From: Leidyana gryllorum EB-2025a
Taxonomy: Eukaryota > Protista > Apicomplexa
Reading direction: 5' to 3'
DNA length: 64,000 nt
Assembly (NCBI GenBank): GCA_048772705.1
Contig: JBLWGC010000208.1
Location: 256,269 to 320,268, forward strand
Position numbers and translations under genes: made by a program
Notes under the pieces: generated by a model
Database searches by the model: none
Seen by the model: the letters and a program-made list of their open reading frames with translations, nothing else
Told to the model about the DNA's origin: nothing
Shown: piece by piece, positions 33,112 to 46,422 of the stretch
How positions within the stretch are numbered: position 1 is the first letter of the stretch
Layout: each line of letters opens with the position of its first letter

Positions 33112-34206
33112 ATGACTGTTAACAACGACTCTAGAAGAGGCAGTGTTGCATCGTCGACAACGTATGCCTCGTCGATTGGACGACGCTGTAATGTAAACTA
33201 TAAGGTCGGTGATACCGTTACAGTGAGAGCTCCAGCTACAACGGCGAATCTTGGGTGCGGGTTCGATGTGTTCGGTTTGGCCTTGGATCTGTGGCTGACA
33301 TTGACGGTCAAAGTGGTTTCTCATGACTTCCAGTTTGCGTTCATCGGCCAAGACATTGACCCGCATCTGCCAACTGATGACAGCAATGCCATCGTTCTCG
33401 CATTTTTGGTCGGTCTGCGGCATCTACGTGCCTCACCCCCAGGGGGTGTGAATTTTGACTTCATCTGTGCCAATGACGTGCCGGTTGGTCGTGGACTCGG
33501 AAGCTCTGCGACCGCCATTGTGGCTGGACTGGGTGCCGCCTTTGTGCTGTGCGGGCGTCAACTGGAAGACCTACGCACTCTACAGGAAATATCAATTCTC
33601 GCTTGCCGTCGGGAGGGACATCCTGACAATGTTCTTCCAGCAATCTTCGGCAACATGCAGATAGGAGTAATCAGAACAACGGACGACGTTCGCCTCTGCT
33701 TGGAGTCGGACGAGTGTGGAATTGGCGACTACATCATGCAGAAGGTGCCCTTCCCTTCCGACGATCTGGAGTGTTTGATCTACGTACCCAAGAGCAAGTT
33801 GAGCACTCAGCAGGCGCGCAAGCTGCTACCTGATACTTATGACAAAACCCACGTTGTGAGTAATGTCGGACGGGCCAGCATTCTCGTTGCTGCTCTGCTG
33901 CTTAAGGACTACGGGAATCTTAAGTTTGCGATGGAAGACAAGATGCATCAACCATACCGAAAAGATATGTGTCCCGGCTACGAGATTTTGAAGAATGCCA
34001 GTGGGGTAACGGATGCACTGGCACTATATATATCTGGAGCTGGACCTTCCATCGTGACACTTTGCCGTCAACAAGACACCCAAACCGTCTTGGAGGATTA
34101 CATGACACTCTGCAGCTCCTACCTGGAGGACGAGGGAAAGTTTATGGTATGCAAGGTTTCAGACCGGGGAGTGGAGGCCTGTTCTAAACATTTGAGCCGG
34201 CTTTGA
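33112..34206 (+). CDS. thrB: Homoserine kinase (GHMP family), intronless
   Basis: PATTANLGCGFDVFGLAL, PVGRGLGSSA, EGHPDNV, MEDKMHQPYR, ISGAGPS. Confidence 0.95.
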   Translation: MTVNNDSRRGSVASSTTYASSIGRRCNVNYKVGDTVTVRAPATTANLGCGFDVFGLALDLWLTLTVKVVSHDFQFAFIGQDIDPHLPTDDSNAIVLAFLVGLRHLRASPPGGVNFDFICANDVPVGRGLGSSATAIVAGLGAAFVLCGRQLEDLRTLQEISILACRREGHPDNVLPAIFGNMQIGVIRTTDDVRLCLESDECGIGDYIMQKVPFPSDDLECLIYVPKSKLSTQQARKLLPDTYDKTHVVSNVGRASILVAALLLKDYGNLKFAMEDKMHQPYRKDMCPGYEILKNASGVTDALALYISGAGPSIVTLCRQQDTQTVLEDYMTLCSSYLEDEGKFMVCKVSDRGVEACSKHLSRL

Positions 34207-34344
34207 TTTCGTAGAACAGAGACTTTGCGCGTGTAAATAACTCAGCTCATTCGCGGGCACTTCAGTCACTCAGACACAGAGAGGTTCAACCTCCACCAAC
34301 TGACGAACAACAGATACGCTGCTCCACAGGAAAAACAACTCGCT

Positions 34345-35749
<1,405 letters not shown>

Positions 35750-35974
35750 TGTTGGGCCCTGCGATGTAATAGACAAAATTAAGCCCGCGAGCCCAAATAA
35801 TTCTCACCAGACTACCCTGCCGAACTGAGCCTTCTGTACAGCTTTTTGGGGTGTGCGCAACCTAACTTGGACTTCGACAGTAGTGGAGCAATCGGGGGAA
35901 CACTCTCCCATATAGAACAAACAAATGTGCCTTTCGATAGATGTACATGCCCAAGTTTGTGTACCAAATAAATC

Positions 35975-37699
35975 ATGAATAATCGGCTCCCATCGGACCC
36001 GATGGATATCCGAGTGCCGCGTAAGAAGCCACAGCCACCGCCCAAGACCCCCCCACAGTCTGCAGCGGACCCTGAAGCTTCTTTTCTGCTGCGTGCGTTG
36101 GACACACTTGCCTTGGACCCCAGCCACGAAGACACTATAGCTGTGGAGAATGTTTGGAAGAAAGGGCAGGCGATGACCACACAGTCGGTTCCCTCTGTGG
36201 TCCAAGTAACAGCCTTTGTGGGGCAGATGTTCGTGCTGCACTTTCGCAAGGTGGACCATCATGAGTACCTGAATTGGGACTTCAGAGCCCCCGAGCACCG
36301 GCGCATCAATAAGAGCCGTCTTCTAAACGTTCTGCCACCCCCCCTTCCCGCGATGCTCAAGTATGGAGCTGTTCGCAAATGCGTAGAGGACTACTTTGAC
36401 TTAAACCTGACTCATATGAGTTCGGCTGTACGTAAGCTGGTGTGTGCAGTACACTCGAGAATGTTTGAACTGAAACTGGTGCGCGACGAAGACCTTCAGT
36501 TCCAGAACGAGTCGGCACACGACACACAGCAGCTGCCGTGTGCGTCAACGCAGCCAGCGGCGCAAGCGTCTTCATCCACGTTGTCGCAACAACAAGCGTC
36601 ATCCCAGCAGCAGCAACCTCCCTCATCATCCCGCTCGTCTACGAACGCCCCTCAAGCGCCCCTTACATGGTACGACAACCGTATTGCACGTCGGAGAGAG
36701 GCTGAGCAACAACAACAACTATTGCAACAAGAAGATATGAATTCACTGTCTCAACGGTCATCCAAGACCGCGCCCAATGATACAGGAGGTGTCCGCCGGT
36801 CTCCGGGGGACCGAAGAGGTCCGCCACCTACCATCGAGCCTCGTCGCAGTGTCTGGGACGACCGACGACGCACCATGGTGCCTTTGTCGTCATCGGGTAA
36901 AAACGGTAATGATTCCGGGCTAACGTCGGAGGACGATGGACGTCGGCCGAAACGGCAGACGTCCAAGATGAATTTAGGAGTGCTGGATGGTACGGTTCCC
37001 AGCGGTACGAGAGTGATTGGCGATAAGCGGGAGACGAGTTTCGCTGGGCTGGGCGTTAAACGCGTTGTACGTAATGGACACAATGGATGGCTGGCGACCT
37101 TCGAGTTAGACGACGACGATTTGAGCGACGACGAGGTTCCGGAGCGACGGAACATCATGACCACGAAACGAGTGGAATTCACCCCTGCACAGTACGGCTC
37201 CGAAGATGCTGCAAAGATCGCAGCTGAAGCCTTTGTCTTCAAGGTCGAGAAGGGGTGCCAGACCGAGACTGCTGCCGACGACCGACCTCCTTCCAGCCGC
37301 ATCAAGCGAGAAGTGAAACCAAACAGTAATGTCCCAACGACGACAACGACTGCCAACTGGAGGCCTAACCCAATCTGGAATCCTGTGGCGCACTGTAGCA
37401 CCTGTTCGTGCACGGACTCGACTGACATTCATTGTCGTACGTGCTGTTGTAGCAAGTGGAAGGGGACTAACGGTCCCTCGAGGCGTCAAATACGTAATGG
37501 ACCCGACTTGATCACCAAGGTCGCGCTCAGACGAGCTTCTCCATATTGGGATAGTTGGTTTGAGAGCCTTTGGCGCTCCAGTCCGCCGCCAGCTCCTCCG
37601 CCGGCTGCGGACTCCGCCTCTTCCACTACCTTTCCTTCCTTTGACCTTCTCACCACTCAAGTGTCGACTGCTGACATCGACAATGCCCTACTCAACTAA
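35975..37699 (+). CDS. ApiAP2-like transcription factor (single AP2-like domain ~37045-37255)
   Basis: GVKRVVRNGHNGWLATF...KRVEFTPAQYGSEDAAKIAAEAF fits the AP2 GV...W.A...F....YG...A...A pattern; Gln/Ser-rich linkers. Confidence 0.65.
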   Translation: MNNRLPSDPMDIRVPRKKPQPPPKTPPQSAADPEASFLLRALDTLALDPSHEDTIAVENVWKKGQAMTTQSVPSVVQVTAFVGQMFVLHFRKVDHHEYLNWDFRAPEHRRINKSRLLNVLPPPLPAMLKYGAVRKCVEDYFDLNLTHMSSAVRKLVCAVHSRMFELKLVRDEDLQFQNESAHDTQQLPCASTQPAAQASSSTLSQQQASSQQQQPPSSSRSSTNAPQAPLTWYDNRIARRREAEQQQQLLQQEDMNSLSQRSSKTAPNDTGGVRRSPGDRRGPPPTIEPRRSVWDDRRRTMVPLSSSGKNGNDSGLTSEDDGRRPKRQTSKMNLGVLDGTVPSGTRVIGDKRETSFAGLGVKRVVRNGHNGWLATFELDDDDLSDDEVPERRNIMTTKRVEFTPAQYGSEDAAKIAAEAFVFKVEKGCQTETAADDRPPSSRIKREVKPNSNVPTTTTTANWRPNPIWNPVAHCSTCSCTDSTDIHCRTCCCSKWKGTNGPSRRQIRNGPDLITKVALRRASPYWDSWFESLWRSSPPPAPPPAADSASSTTFPSFDLLTTQVSTADIDNALLN

Positions 37700-39909
37700 C
37701 TAAGTAGAAGAAGTATGAGGCTTCTTTCGGTAGTCATTCTTTGGTTTGATAGTCACAGCTCCGCTGGAACTGTCACTTGATGGAGTCCTAGATAGTTTCT
37801 CCTTTGTTTTCTTTTGTTGCTCTGGGATGAGTGCTATTGGTGGTGATGACGAGATAGCAGGTTCGGGTGGCAAATCCCACCCTTGTGCTGGCTGTGCCCA
37901 TCCCACCACCATCTTGCCACTCGCAGTGTCCGACGAAGACGGTAGTGACTGTGCCGGCGCCACCTCCCTCTGTTGTGCCCCCTTCCGCTTCTTCTTCTTA
38001 GTTAGATTGTTTTGAGGAACCGGTGTGGTCGCAATCTCCCCTCTCCGACTTGCGTCCACACCTGGCCCGATGTACCAGTCTTCCACACCCTTCGCCAACT
38101 TCCATTTCCTCCGCGGTCGATTTGATCCCAAAATCATTCGCGACCGCACCAGAAATTCATCCAATCGAGACTCGTAATTCTCCTGGGACTCCGGCCCAAT
38201 GCGCCGATGACACCACTTGGACCACGCCGATGGATCACTTGGACTCGGGGCTTTGGTTTCGTAACTAGACTTCTTGTCCATACGATGCTCGAGCTCGGCT
38301 CGGGCTATCAATGTCATGAACACGTCCGTAGACGCATACTCCTTTTGATCTTCACTCAACTTCACGGCGTCCCAAGACGACATCCGAACGCTCTTCACGT
38401 CGGCAGAGTCTTTCCGAAGCTTAAAGTCAAAATACTCTTTCAGTAAGTCAATCGCTGGCTTTTGATCAGCGAGATTTCGTAACTCTTCGGCCCTCTGCAC
38501 AACAGACAAACTCATCCTTAGCGAGCGAGCGAGCCCTTACCTCTATTCGAGTGAAATAATGCCCCTCGATGGCCCGTAAATCATTAGAAATTCCGTCTCC
38601 AACTTTACAAATCTCCGGATTCACGAGGAAATCCAATAGCAGTGGGCATTGTCGTAGATCCAGAAACTTCAGATACGGGTCGCGAGCCCTCAACTTCATG
38701 AGATCAAAAGATGTGGGCTCCACGGGGCTCTGAGGAAGCGCAAACAATGACGATCAATTACAGCACACTTAACATCGAAACAACAACAACACACGCGAGT
38801 TCGACGTAGCATCGGAAGACACACCAAGCAGCGACAGACGCATATAAGAGGAGTCAGGGGCACAAAATAGTGGAGCAGTGACATTCTTACGCTGTAGCCC
38901 GGAGTCGGTACATTGCAAATGGGTATATGTGGCTGTTGGCTGTGCCCCGCCTTCCGATACAAGCGAATAAGAGCAATCTCCTGGTGGTCAGCGACTTGCA
39001 GAAGAGAAGGCGGTGTCGAACTGTGTGCTGTTCTAAACAAATCGGCTCGAACTGGGCCCTATTAAATTGCATCTCTCTAATTGATTCGCCATGACATCAG
39101 ATTCTCACCTTACTGGGCCACTCACAGTCAAACGCCACTCGAACCTTCGGAGGACTTCCCAATTTCTCTTTGAAATCCACACCCTTCCAATGCTTGCTCT
39201 CAGCACGGCTCGGCGGTCTGCGCCCTGCTCTCCTTGCTAACACCATCTCCTGACACCTGACTAATGATCCGGACGAGGGAGGCTCTGAGGGAGGTTCAGA
39301 TGCCGGCTCAGAGGCACTAGCGACTTCATGCTCAAACGCATTCGGGACGTTCCGCTCAGAAGTAGTTGGGACTTCCCGCTCTTCGTCCCTTTGATCGAAG
39401 TCACACACAGATTCCTCCTGCAGTGACGCTTCCACTCCGTCAGTGGCTGGATATTCCATCACATCGGACACTGGCGTACTGAGGTTGACATAAAGAGGAT
39501 CAGAGTCCTCTTTGAAACCGGAAGGTCCGGTCTCCAAGTCGTCAACTGGCGACATCACTTGTTTCTCCGTACTTGGTGTGGGCTCCACCTCATACCGCAC
39601 GACGCCAATTCGCTGAAAGCTCCGAGGCCTTGGTCCTTGCTCACGGTGAAGGTCGTCTAGATGCTGCAACCCGAGCTCAGAGGGGTTGACTCTGTACTTT
39701 ACGTATATCTTCTCTCGCAACCACTGCTCAACAGCGATTTCCGTATCCAAAACTCGCACGGTAGGCGGGGGGAGTCCAACACAATTACTGAAGTCCTTCA
39801 GTAGCCCTTCTAACCCCATAACTTCCCAATTTTTGACCGCGGCCCACAACGTGCCGGCCTGCACCCCGTGTCTCCCACACACAATGCCCACACGCCGTCT
39901 GTCTACCAT
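37700..39909 (-). CDS. DEDDy 3'-5' exonuclease (WRN-exo/EXD2/Mut-7-like), multi-exon
   Basis: ExoI VAFDCEW; SLLQVA; LLDFLVNPEICKVGDGISNDL (ExoII); SSWDAVKLSEDQKEYASTD (ExoIII). Confidence 0.85.
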
Positions 39910-39922
39910 CAGCTCCACTGAA

Positions 39923-40984
39923 ATGTCGGTTGCAGAGCGTCTATCATCGTTACGAACACCCCTAACAAGGTCACGAACTCGTCAATTGCGCCATGAAGGC
40001 TACACGCGCCGGCTTAGTCCGCAGAGAACTCAGTCTACGGGTCTAAGCTCGTCAGGAGGCGAAGAAAGTACAATTAAGGCTAAAGAGGCGACTGCCGCCC
40101 GCCGGCGAAGAACGGTGCAGCGGAGTCGAGAAGCTACGACCAAAAGATCTGCCGTGATAAATCCTCAGCCGCTTGAATGGAATTCTGGTGGTGTTGATGA
40201 TGTACCACGCCCTGTGCCACATGTGGAGGCTGCAGAAATACCAAGCAAACCTTCTAGCCCTGTGTCTACGTGTCGATACAACCCGCCTGAGTGCTGGGTG
40301 AAGCCGACTTTATGGCAGCAGGCGCAGGAAAAGCTGATTTCTATGCCCAATAGCGATCTATACTGGGTGGGGTCGCAGATGTTGACATGCTTGGTCGTTC
40401 GATGGTTTTTGAGGAACCTGGAACAGACGGTACAGCTGATAGTGGACTGGTCTGAGACGACTGTGTATCAAAGGATGACTATTCAATGTGGACTGATGTC
40501 CACAGCCTGTGGTCTTGCGGTTGTTATTTCAGGCCTTGTATCAAGGGCTTGCTGTCATGTGATGTGGAGGCATGAGCGTCGTCAACCGTGGCGAGTATTA
40601 ACCAGCACCGGGGAGCCGTTCATTGACCTTGGGAATATCATTGGCAGTGGTGTTGGTCGCACAGGACAAACGTTATACATTCTAGGCCAGTTAGTGTTAA
40701 TTATCTGGGACCATAGCGTGGGTGGTCAGCACAAAATGGCAGCAGTTTTGCGGACGACGACATTGCCACATTTGCCGAGGCATGCAGCGATCGATTTGGC
40801 TCCAATACTCCTGCTATTCCCAATGATGTGGCTAAATTACGCTGTTCGTTTGTCATTGGGAAGAGGGTGGCGTGAAGTTGTTTGTGGCTTATGCCTCGGA
40901 GTTGTGCTTGGATTTATGTATCAATGGATAATGTGGGCGCAACGCGTCACTCACGCGTTTTACACTGGAGTTTTAGATAGTTAG
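39923..40984 (+). CDS. Hypothetical multi-pass membrane protein
   Basis: ATG 39923 in a long ORF; several hydrophobic helices in the C-terminal half. Confidence 0.65.
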   Translation: MSVAERLSSLRTPLTRSRTRQLRHEGYTRRLSPQRTQSTGLSSSGGEESTIKAKEATAARRRRTVQRSREATTKRSAVINPQPLEWNSGGVDDVPRPVPHVEAAEIPSKPSSPVSTCRYNPPECWVKPTLWQQAQEKLISMPNSDLYWVGSQMLTCLVVRWFLRNLEQTVQLIVDWSETTVYQRMTIQCGLMSTACGLAVVISGLVSRACCHVMWRHERRQPWRVLTSTGEPFIDLGNIIGSGVGRTGQTLYILGQLVLIIWDHSVGGQHKMAAVLRTTTLPHLPRHAAIDLAPILLLFPMMWLNYAVRLSLGRGWREVVCGLCLGVVLGFMYQWIMWAQRVTHAFYTGVLDS

Positions 40985-41081
40985 AAGAAGGGTTCTATTC
41001 CCTGTCGGATTTTCGAGTTTATATATATATTGGTATTTATATGATGGCTGCCTTTTCTGAGGCATCCACATACACACCCTA

Positions 41082-42032
41082 ATGGTTCGCAAACGGCCTC
41101 AAGTGGTACCCCCAACTTTGACCATTCTTCGCCAACAGGAAAACGACACGATATCACCAGAAGCGTCTGGGACACGGAGTCATTTCCAGCAGCACCATTT
41201 GGGCAGCGGTTCCCTGCCGGTTGCCCAAGTGCAGGAAAATGTGACGTGCTATCGCGATCCTTCCCGGTCCACGACTGCGATTGTGCAGCCATCGCCCTCG
41301 GAACGGTCTCCGCCCACTTCGCAATCGCGCGTTTGGGCTCCCGATGATCGGGAAGTCGACGAATCGGAGTCGATGTTTGGGGCTCCTTCTGTGGAGGAGC
41401 GCGCGGGTGGGTGTCACCAGCCTTTAGGAATTCTGGCTCCTCTTTGGGCGAAAGCAAAGCCATTTTGTGCCATGGCGATCTTGTACAGTGCTTCCAGTGT
41501 GCTCGCTACCTGGCTACAAGGGCCTCCGATAAAAGTCTGGGACGATCTGGGACATCTACATCGAATGGACAGATTGGCTGACGTGGGAAGAAGCATGGCG
41601 ATAGGATTATTGCTTGAATTAGTGGTGATCATCTGCCCGTGTATGCAACCCTATTTGTCCCGATGTACCCTGTGTGGGGATCCCTTCCTGGACATCTTTG
41701 GTGCTCGGGGTACCTTGGGATTAGATTCTCGGATACTGTACACTTTACTTCAATCGTTCCGTGGTGACAGCGTTCTCTTCAGAACCTCGCCCGGTTTTTG
41801 GACAATCAGCAGTTCTGTGGTCCTTGGATTGAGTTGGTATTGGCATCCAATGACAAAAACAATTCCAACTCCATCTCGTTTTGGTGTCATTTCGACTTAC
41901 ATCCTTGTTTTATTCGAGCATTTCACATGGTCGCTCATCTTTATATATTATCCACTTTGGCTGGAGTTCGCAGTCCCCTATATGATCTTTCCGTCCATTA
42001 ACGAACGTGTATTGAACCTCATACGCAAATAG
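41082..42032 (+). CDS. Hypothetical multi-pass membrane protein, probable paralogue of 39923-40984
   Basis: 316-aa ORF; shares T..G(E/D)PF(I/L)D...G..G....LY.L motif and overall layout with the upstream gene. Confidence 0.65.
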   Translation: MVRKRPQVVPPTLTILRQQENDTISPEASGTRSHFQQHHLGSGSLPVAQVQENVTCYRDPSRSTTAIVQPSPSERSPPTSQSRVWAPDDREVDESESMFGAPSVEERAGGCHQPLGILAPLWAKAKPFCAMAILYSASSVLATWLQGPPIKVWDDLGHLHRMDRLADVGRSMAIGLLLELVVIICPCMQPYLSRCTLCGDPFLDIFGARGTLGLDSRILYTLLQSFRGDSVLFRTSPGFWTISSSVVLGLSWYWHPMTKTIPTPSRFGVISTYILVLFEHFTWSLIFIYYPLWLEFAVPYMIFPSINERVLNLIRK

Positions 42033-42097
42033 CGAGAAGGGTCTTCATCCCCTCTTGCTCTTTATATGTCATCATGTACGGTAAAATTCACCCCCAG

Positions 42098-45000
42098 TCA
42101 ATATGCCGCATACTCGGTCAGCCGCTTCAGTAATTTCCCCTTCGGCAGACGGTCCGAATAGACAACATTTGGCTTATGGATATATCTCAAGTTTCGCAGC
42201 TCATGACCTCTTCTCCTGCCATTGAGACGCTTCCGTATGAAAGACTTTGTCAGCTCGAAAGTCTGCAAGTTACTGCCTCTCGCCTCATAGCCTCGGCTTT
42301 CCAACCACGAGTCGATCCACTCGACGTATCCAGTCCATGTGCCTTTGGCATACGGCCAGGGCTCCCCAGCCACAGCATTCGGGATGGGAACGATGGTGTA
42401 CGAACAGAAAGGAGCTCGGCTGTAATGTGCGTAACCGTACTGCACGATCCGGTCTAGATTCAGAGTTCGCAGTATCAGCTCCTCCCCTTCCGCGGACACT
42501 ATCCCTAGAAACCCATCATGGTTGTCGCGCGTCGAAGCAAACTCGTTGACCGAATTGGCGCATCCTCGAAAGTACCTTGAACGCCCCGTAATAGTCCCTT
42601 CCAATGGGTGCCATTGCTTTACCAAAAAGAATAGGACTTCTGGCTCATTGGCACGAATAAGAACATGAGCTCGATCGTAGCTCTCAATAGCCAAGTAAAG
42701 GTCTATGGTCGCGAGCAGCATTGAGGTAATAAGGCTTGGGCTCCGCTTCACCAGATATCTCCTCGTCAGTGGAACTCGCATTCGCCTCTATCCACAACCT
42801 AGCCCGCGCGAAATTTCTGCTAGCACTTTCAGCCAAGGCGGGGTTGGGCCCCCGTGCATGGCTAGCCAGACCGTTTAGCAGCTCCGCAACTTTCCCTTTG
42901 CTGACCAATCTCTGCGTAGCAGGCCCAACAGCGTGAACGATGCTCGTCATCAAACAACTCTGCGCATAGCTGAGCGGAGAAATCAATGAAATGCCACACA
43001 CGTGTGCAACCGGACTTACTCTTGGATTTGGGCAGCAGAACCATCCAGTCGTACGCTTCCGAAGGTACTGAGCAATCGGAACCCCTCTTCCAGCGCGTCT
43101 ACTGCGTCAATATTGTTGCCAACCACAGCTAGCAAGAGTCCAGCGGCTTGCACAGCTGCTTGCACCGGCCCAATATCAAATTCAGGCTGTTTCATTGATA
43201 CCAGCCAATCTCCGGCGGTGACAAACAAATGAGCGACTAGCCCTGCACCCGAGGTCTGCAGCACTCGCTGAGCAGCTTGTTCTGGCATATACTTCATTGA
43301 CTTGGATCTCAACACCGAGACTCGAGCCAGCTTCCTGAAAGGAGAGCTCTAGGTGGTGTCAAGGAGATGAGCGACTCACAGAAAAGCTCGCTGGAGAGAT
43401 CCGCAGATAATCAAGCGAGTCCCACATGTTGCTCGGTTCATATAGGCCCACCACTTCTTCGAGATCGGCAGGCTGAAGGAGTGTCAGTAACGTCGAAAGT
43501 TTAAACCAGGTGGTTACTTACAGGGGATTGGAGTGGTTCTCTCCGAGTGCATTGCCCGTCAATATGGCTAGCCACCATAGACTAAGGCATTCCTCGGTTG
43601 CGACTCGTAATTGATGGGTGGTGCCGCCAGTTGGCTCACAAACCGCGGTGAATGCCTCCTCGGCAACAGCTTGCAGCTGCACGATAGCGGAGCGGAAAAA
43701 AGCGGTATGTTCGCGTGTTTTGCTCTCGAGGCAGGCGGAGGGGGCGAGTCGGTCAAGAATCAGTTCCTCAAGTTTAGCTGGCATTTCGTGGGTGATCACT
43801 GTCGCAACAGTCCACTGACTTGCTGCGGAATCCATTTTGATTCGCAGTCCCGGAGTTTGCATTGCTCCAGTGAGCTCCAGGCTGGCGCCTAACGTATTGA
43901 TTTCCCCCGCTTTGACACGTTGCCTGAGCCGTTCAACGCAGTGGTAGAGAGAAAGCGAGGGATAGAGAGGCTCAGTCGCTTTTCTGTACGCCTCCTTGAT
44001 GCTGTCATTGAGGTTGAGTTGCCGTGGAGGCGCAGAGTCGATGCGTTCAGCCTCCTCGAAGAATGCATCATCTGCGGTCTTCTTCCCAAAGCCGATACAA
44101 ACGATATCATTCTCTTCATCGGGCACGTTGGTGTCTGCGGTCGGTGATGGGTCATCACCAGCCACGGTACTTTGTGCAGTCGACTTGTTGATCGGAGCGA
44201 GTTGCGGTGCCGCTGACACAGTTTGAGTGTCATCCGGTGGCTCAACGAAACCCAAAATCTCGGCGGCACTTTGATCTGAGGGTAGCTGAAACTGGTCGTG
44301 AGGTGACATCCGGACGATTCCACAGGCAACAGCCAGAAAGTAGACTAAGAGACGGCTGTTGCGGTCCCACTCAATCCATAGCAGTTCTCCTCTGGGCACA
44401 GTTGCCATCTCTTTGTCCCAATAATCACCGAGGACCCTCTCGGGGACCTCCGCCTTGGCGGAGGAAGATGTCTTGAGATCCCGCAACTGGGCCATGCGCC
44501 AGGCAAAGTAGGATTCTGCCACGGGTGCAGACACGTAGCGGGGCAGCGGGAGGTAAGATGCCGATCTGAGGGCCAGACCTGCCTCGATCTGAGGCAACAT
44601 CAAAGCAGTGAGGGGAGTAATGTATTGTTTACCTGGTCGGGGGTGGCGACTGGCGGGCTCAGTTTGGTGTCGGGAAGTCGGAAGTACATTCCCAAAGCAG
44701 TGGCTATAGAGATCTCGGTAGTGACAACAGCCGAGACAGTGCCGGCCCATATGTTGGCTGCCCATTCGGCAGTGCGATTTTGAAGTTCCTTAGGGGCATA
44801 GAGCATTATGACCATCGTCAGAATGGGTTGGCTCAGAACACCGACTGAGGGATCACTAAGCCAAGCTCGCTCGTGGACTCCAAGTTGTGATTCCCATAGA
44901 TCTCGCTTCTGAGTGAAGTCGAAGAAGTGTTTGACGAGAGATATGGGACCGGAGAGGAGAGCCTGGGAGTTGGACTCGGTGATGATTTTGAAGGCCCCAG

Positions 45001-45580
45001 CCACCACACGTAGAACAGCAAAAACAAGGCGTACACGATGGTGGCCCCGAACACTGCATGTTACGTCCAAAATCTGGGTCAGTTGGTGTTGAGTGGATTC
45101 CATGGATCCGCTTGCAGAGGTCAATGTGGAGATCAGGTAATGGTGAAATCCAATTAGACCGCATCGAACACTCAAACGATTGACTGCCGCTGAGTTCTTA
45201 GAGTGAAAGGCAGCGAGCCACAGTCTGTTTTCGACCAATGGCAGGCGATGGAGCGGCAAAGTCAATATATCCTCAGTGATCTCCGCGAGTCGGCAACTAC
45301 TTGTTGACTCGGACAAGATGGCAGAGTGAAGGCTCTCAAAGAAATCGGGACTCTCGTCGGTATGACGGCCACGCAGTAAAGCAAAGCCGTGACGGCGAGC
45401 TCTCTCATCACACTCATTGGCCGTGTCCTCGTCCTCTTGAGTGATTGATGGGTGCAGAAGGTAGTGCAAAGTCGCACACACTTCCGACTCGTTCCACGCG
45501 TTTGGTGATATGTGACCGCACACCTTATGTACATGGCAGTCACACAAGAAGGCTCGCAGTTCCCCACTCAAAGGAGACAT
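42098..45580 (-). CDS. Large (~1000+ aa) multi-exon hypothetical helical protein
   Basis: Consecutive minus-strand ORFs joined in frame by GT-AG introns near 44590-44632, 43473-43520, 43335-43379, 42970-43020 and 42703-42751. Confidence 0.55.
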
Positions 45581-45647
45581 CACACACCATTCCTAAGCCA
45601 ACGGAAAGTTTTGTATAATCGAAAGCGACGACGAAAGTTCAGATATA

Positions 45648-45844
45648 ATGGGTGACCTTCAACATGACTTGGATCGTGAAGCCCGCAAGGCCAAGCGCAA
45701 CATCCGCAAATGTGGCAACGACTTTGAGGACACTTTCTGCGGCTGCTTCAAACAGAGCCGTACTAGCAGTAAGCCAAACACACCCACACACACACTGTGC
45801 AATCTGTTGACGTCACAGAGATCGAGAGAGCTTTCAAGCGCTGA
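45648..45844 (+). CDS. 48-aa Cys-containing microprotein, 2 exons
   Basis: Intron 45769-45818; product MGDLQHDLDREARKAKRNIRKCGNDFEDTFCGCFKQSRTSKIERAFKR; paralogue immediately downstream. Confidence 0.6.
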
Positions 45845-46132
45845 GTGATCTGTTATTGTTGGAGTGGGCGGCGAGAGACTTGTGTGAGGTTATGTTTACG
45901 ATTCGTTAATTCAGTTTGTGTCGGCACGGCTAAGCCTGGCCGGTGGTCATTTTTCGTGTCTCTGTGTAACCGAACACCAACTCTCGCGCGCGCGTTGAGC
46001 GGATTCCCTTTTTCTATCACTCGCTACTGTATCAGATTGGTTGTGTGCGACCGTTTTCGAGTGGTGAAGAGATCGCATGCGAGGTGAATAGTTAGGGTGT
46101 ACCTATTTTTTGGGTGCGAACAGTCCTCAAAG

Positions 46133-46320
46133 ATGGAGAAGTTGGTGAAAGACGTTGAGAAGCACAGCAAGAAGGGCACACGGACGCTCGGACAGTGTCT
46201 GGGCGACATTAGTGATGCGATCTTTGGTTGCTGCAAATCGACTGGCCGGGGTGAGTGAGAGTCCAATTGTGTGATCCGTCATTTTGGTCCCGTGCAGCTA
46301 TCGACAAAGCGGTCAAGTAA
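46133..46320 (+). CDS. 46-aa Cys-containing microprotein, 2 exons
   Basis: Intron 46251-46297; product MEKLVKDVEKHSKKGTRTLGQCLGDISDAIFGCCKSTGRAIDKAVK; aligns with the upstream microprotein. Confidence 0.6.
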
Positions 46321-46422
46321 CTGCAGCTGGAGAGCGCCGCGTAGTGTGTGTCTACTTTATTTTTGAGAGTGTGTTGTTAGTTCTCACACAAGTCCATCAC
46401 AAAACCGACAGAATTAACTTGT

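Noticed and set aside
33112-34206. Recent HGT of intronless homoserine kinase
   Set aside because: ThrB-type kinases occur in many eukaryotes; lack of introns alone is insufficient without a phylogeny
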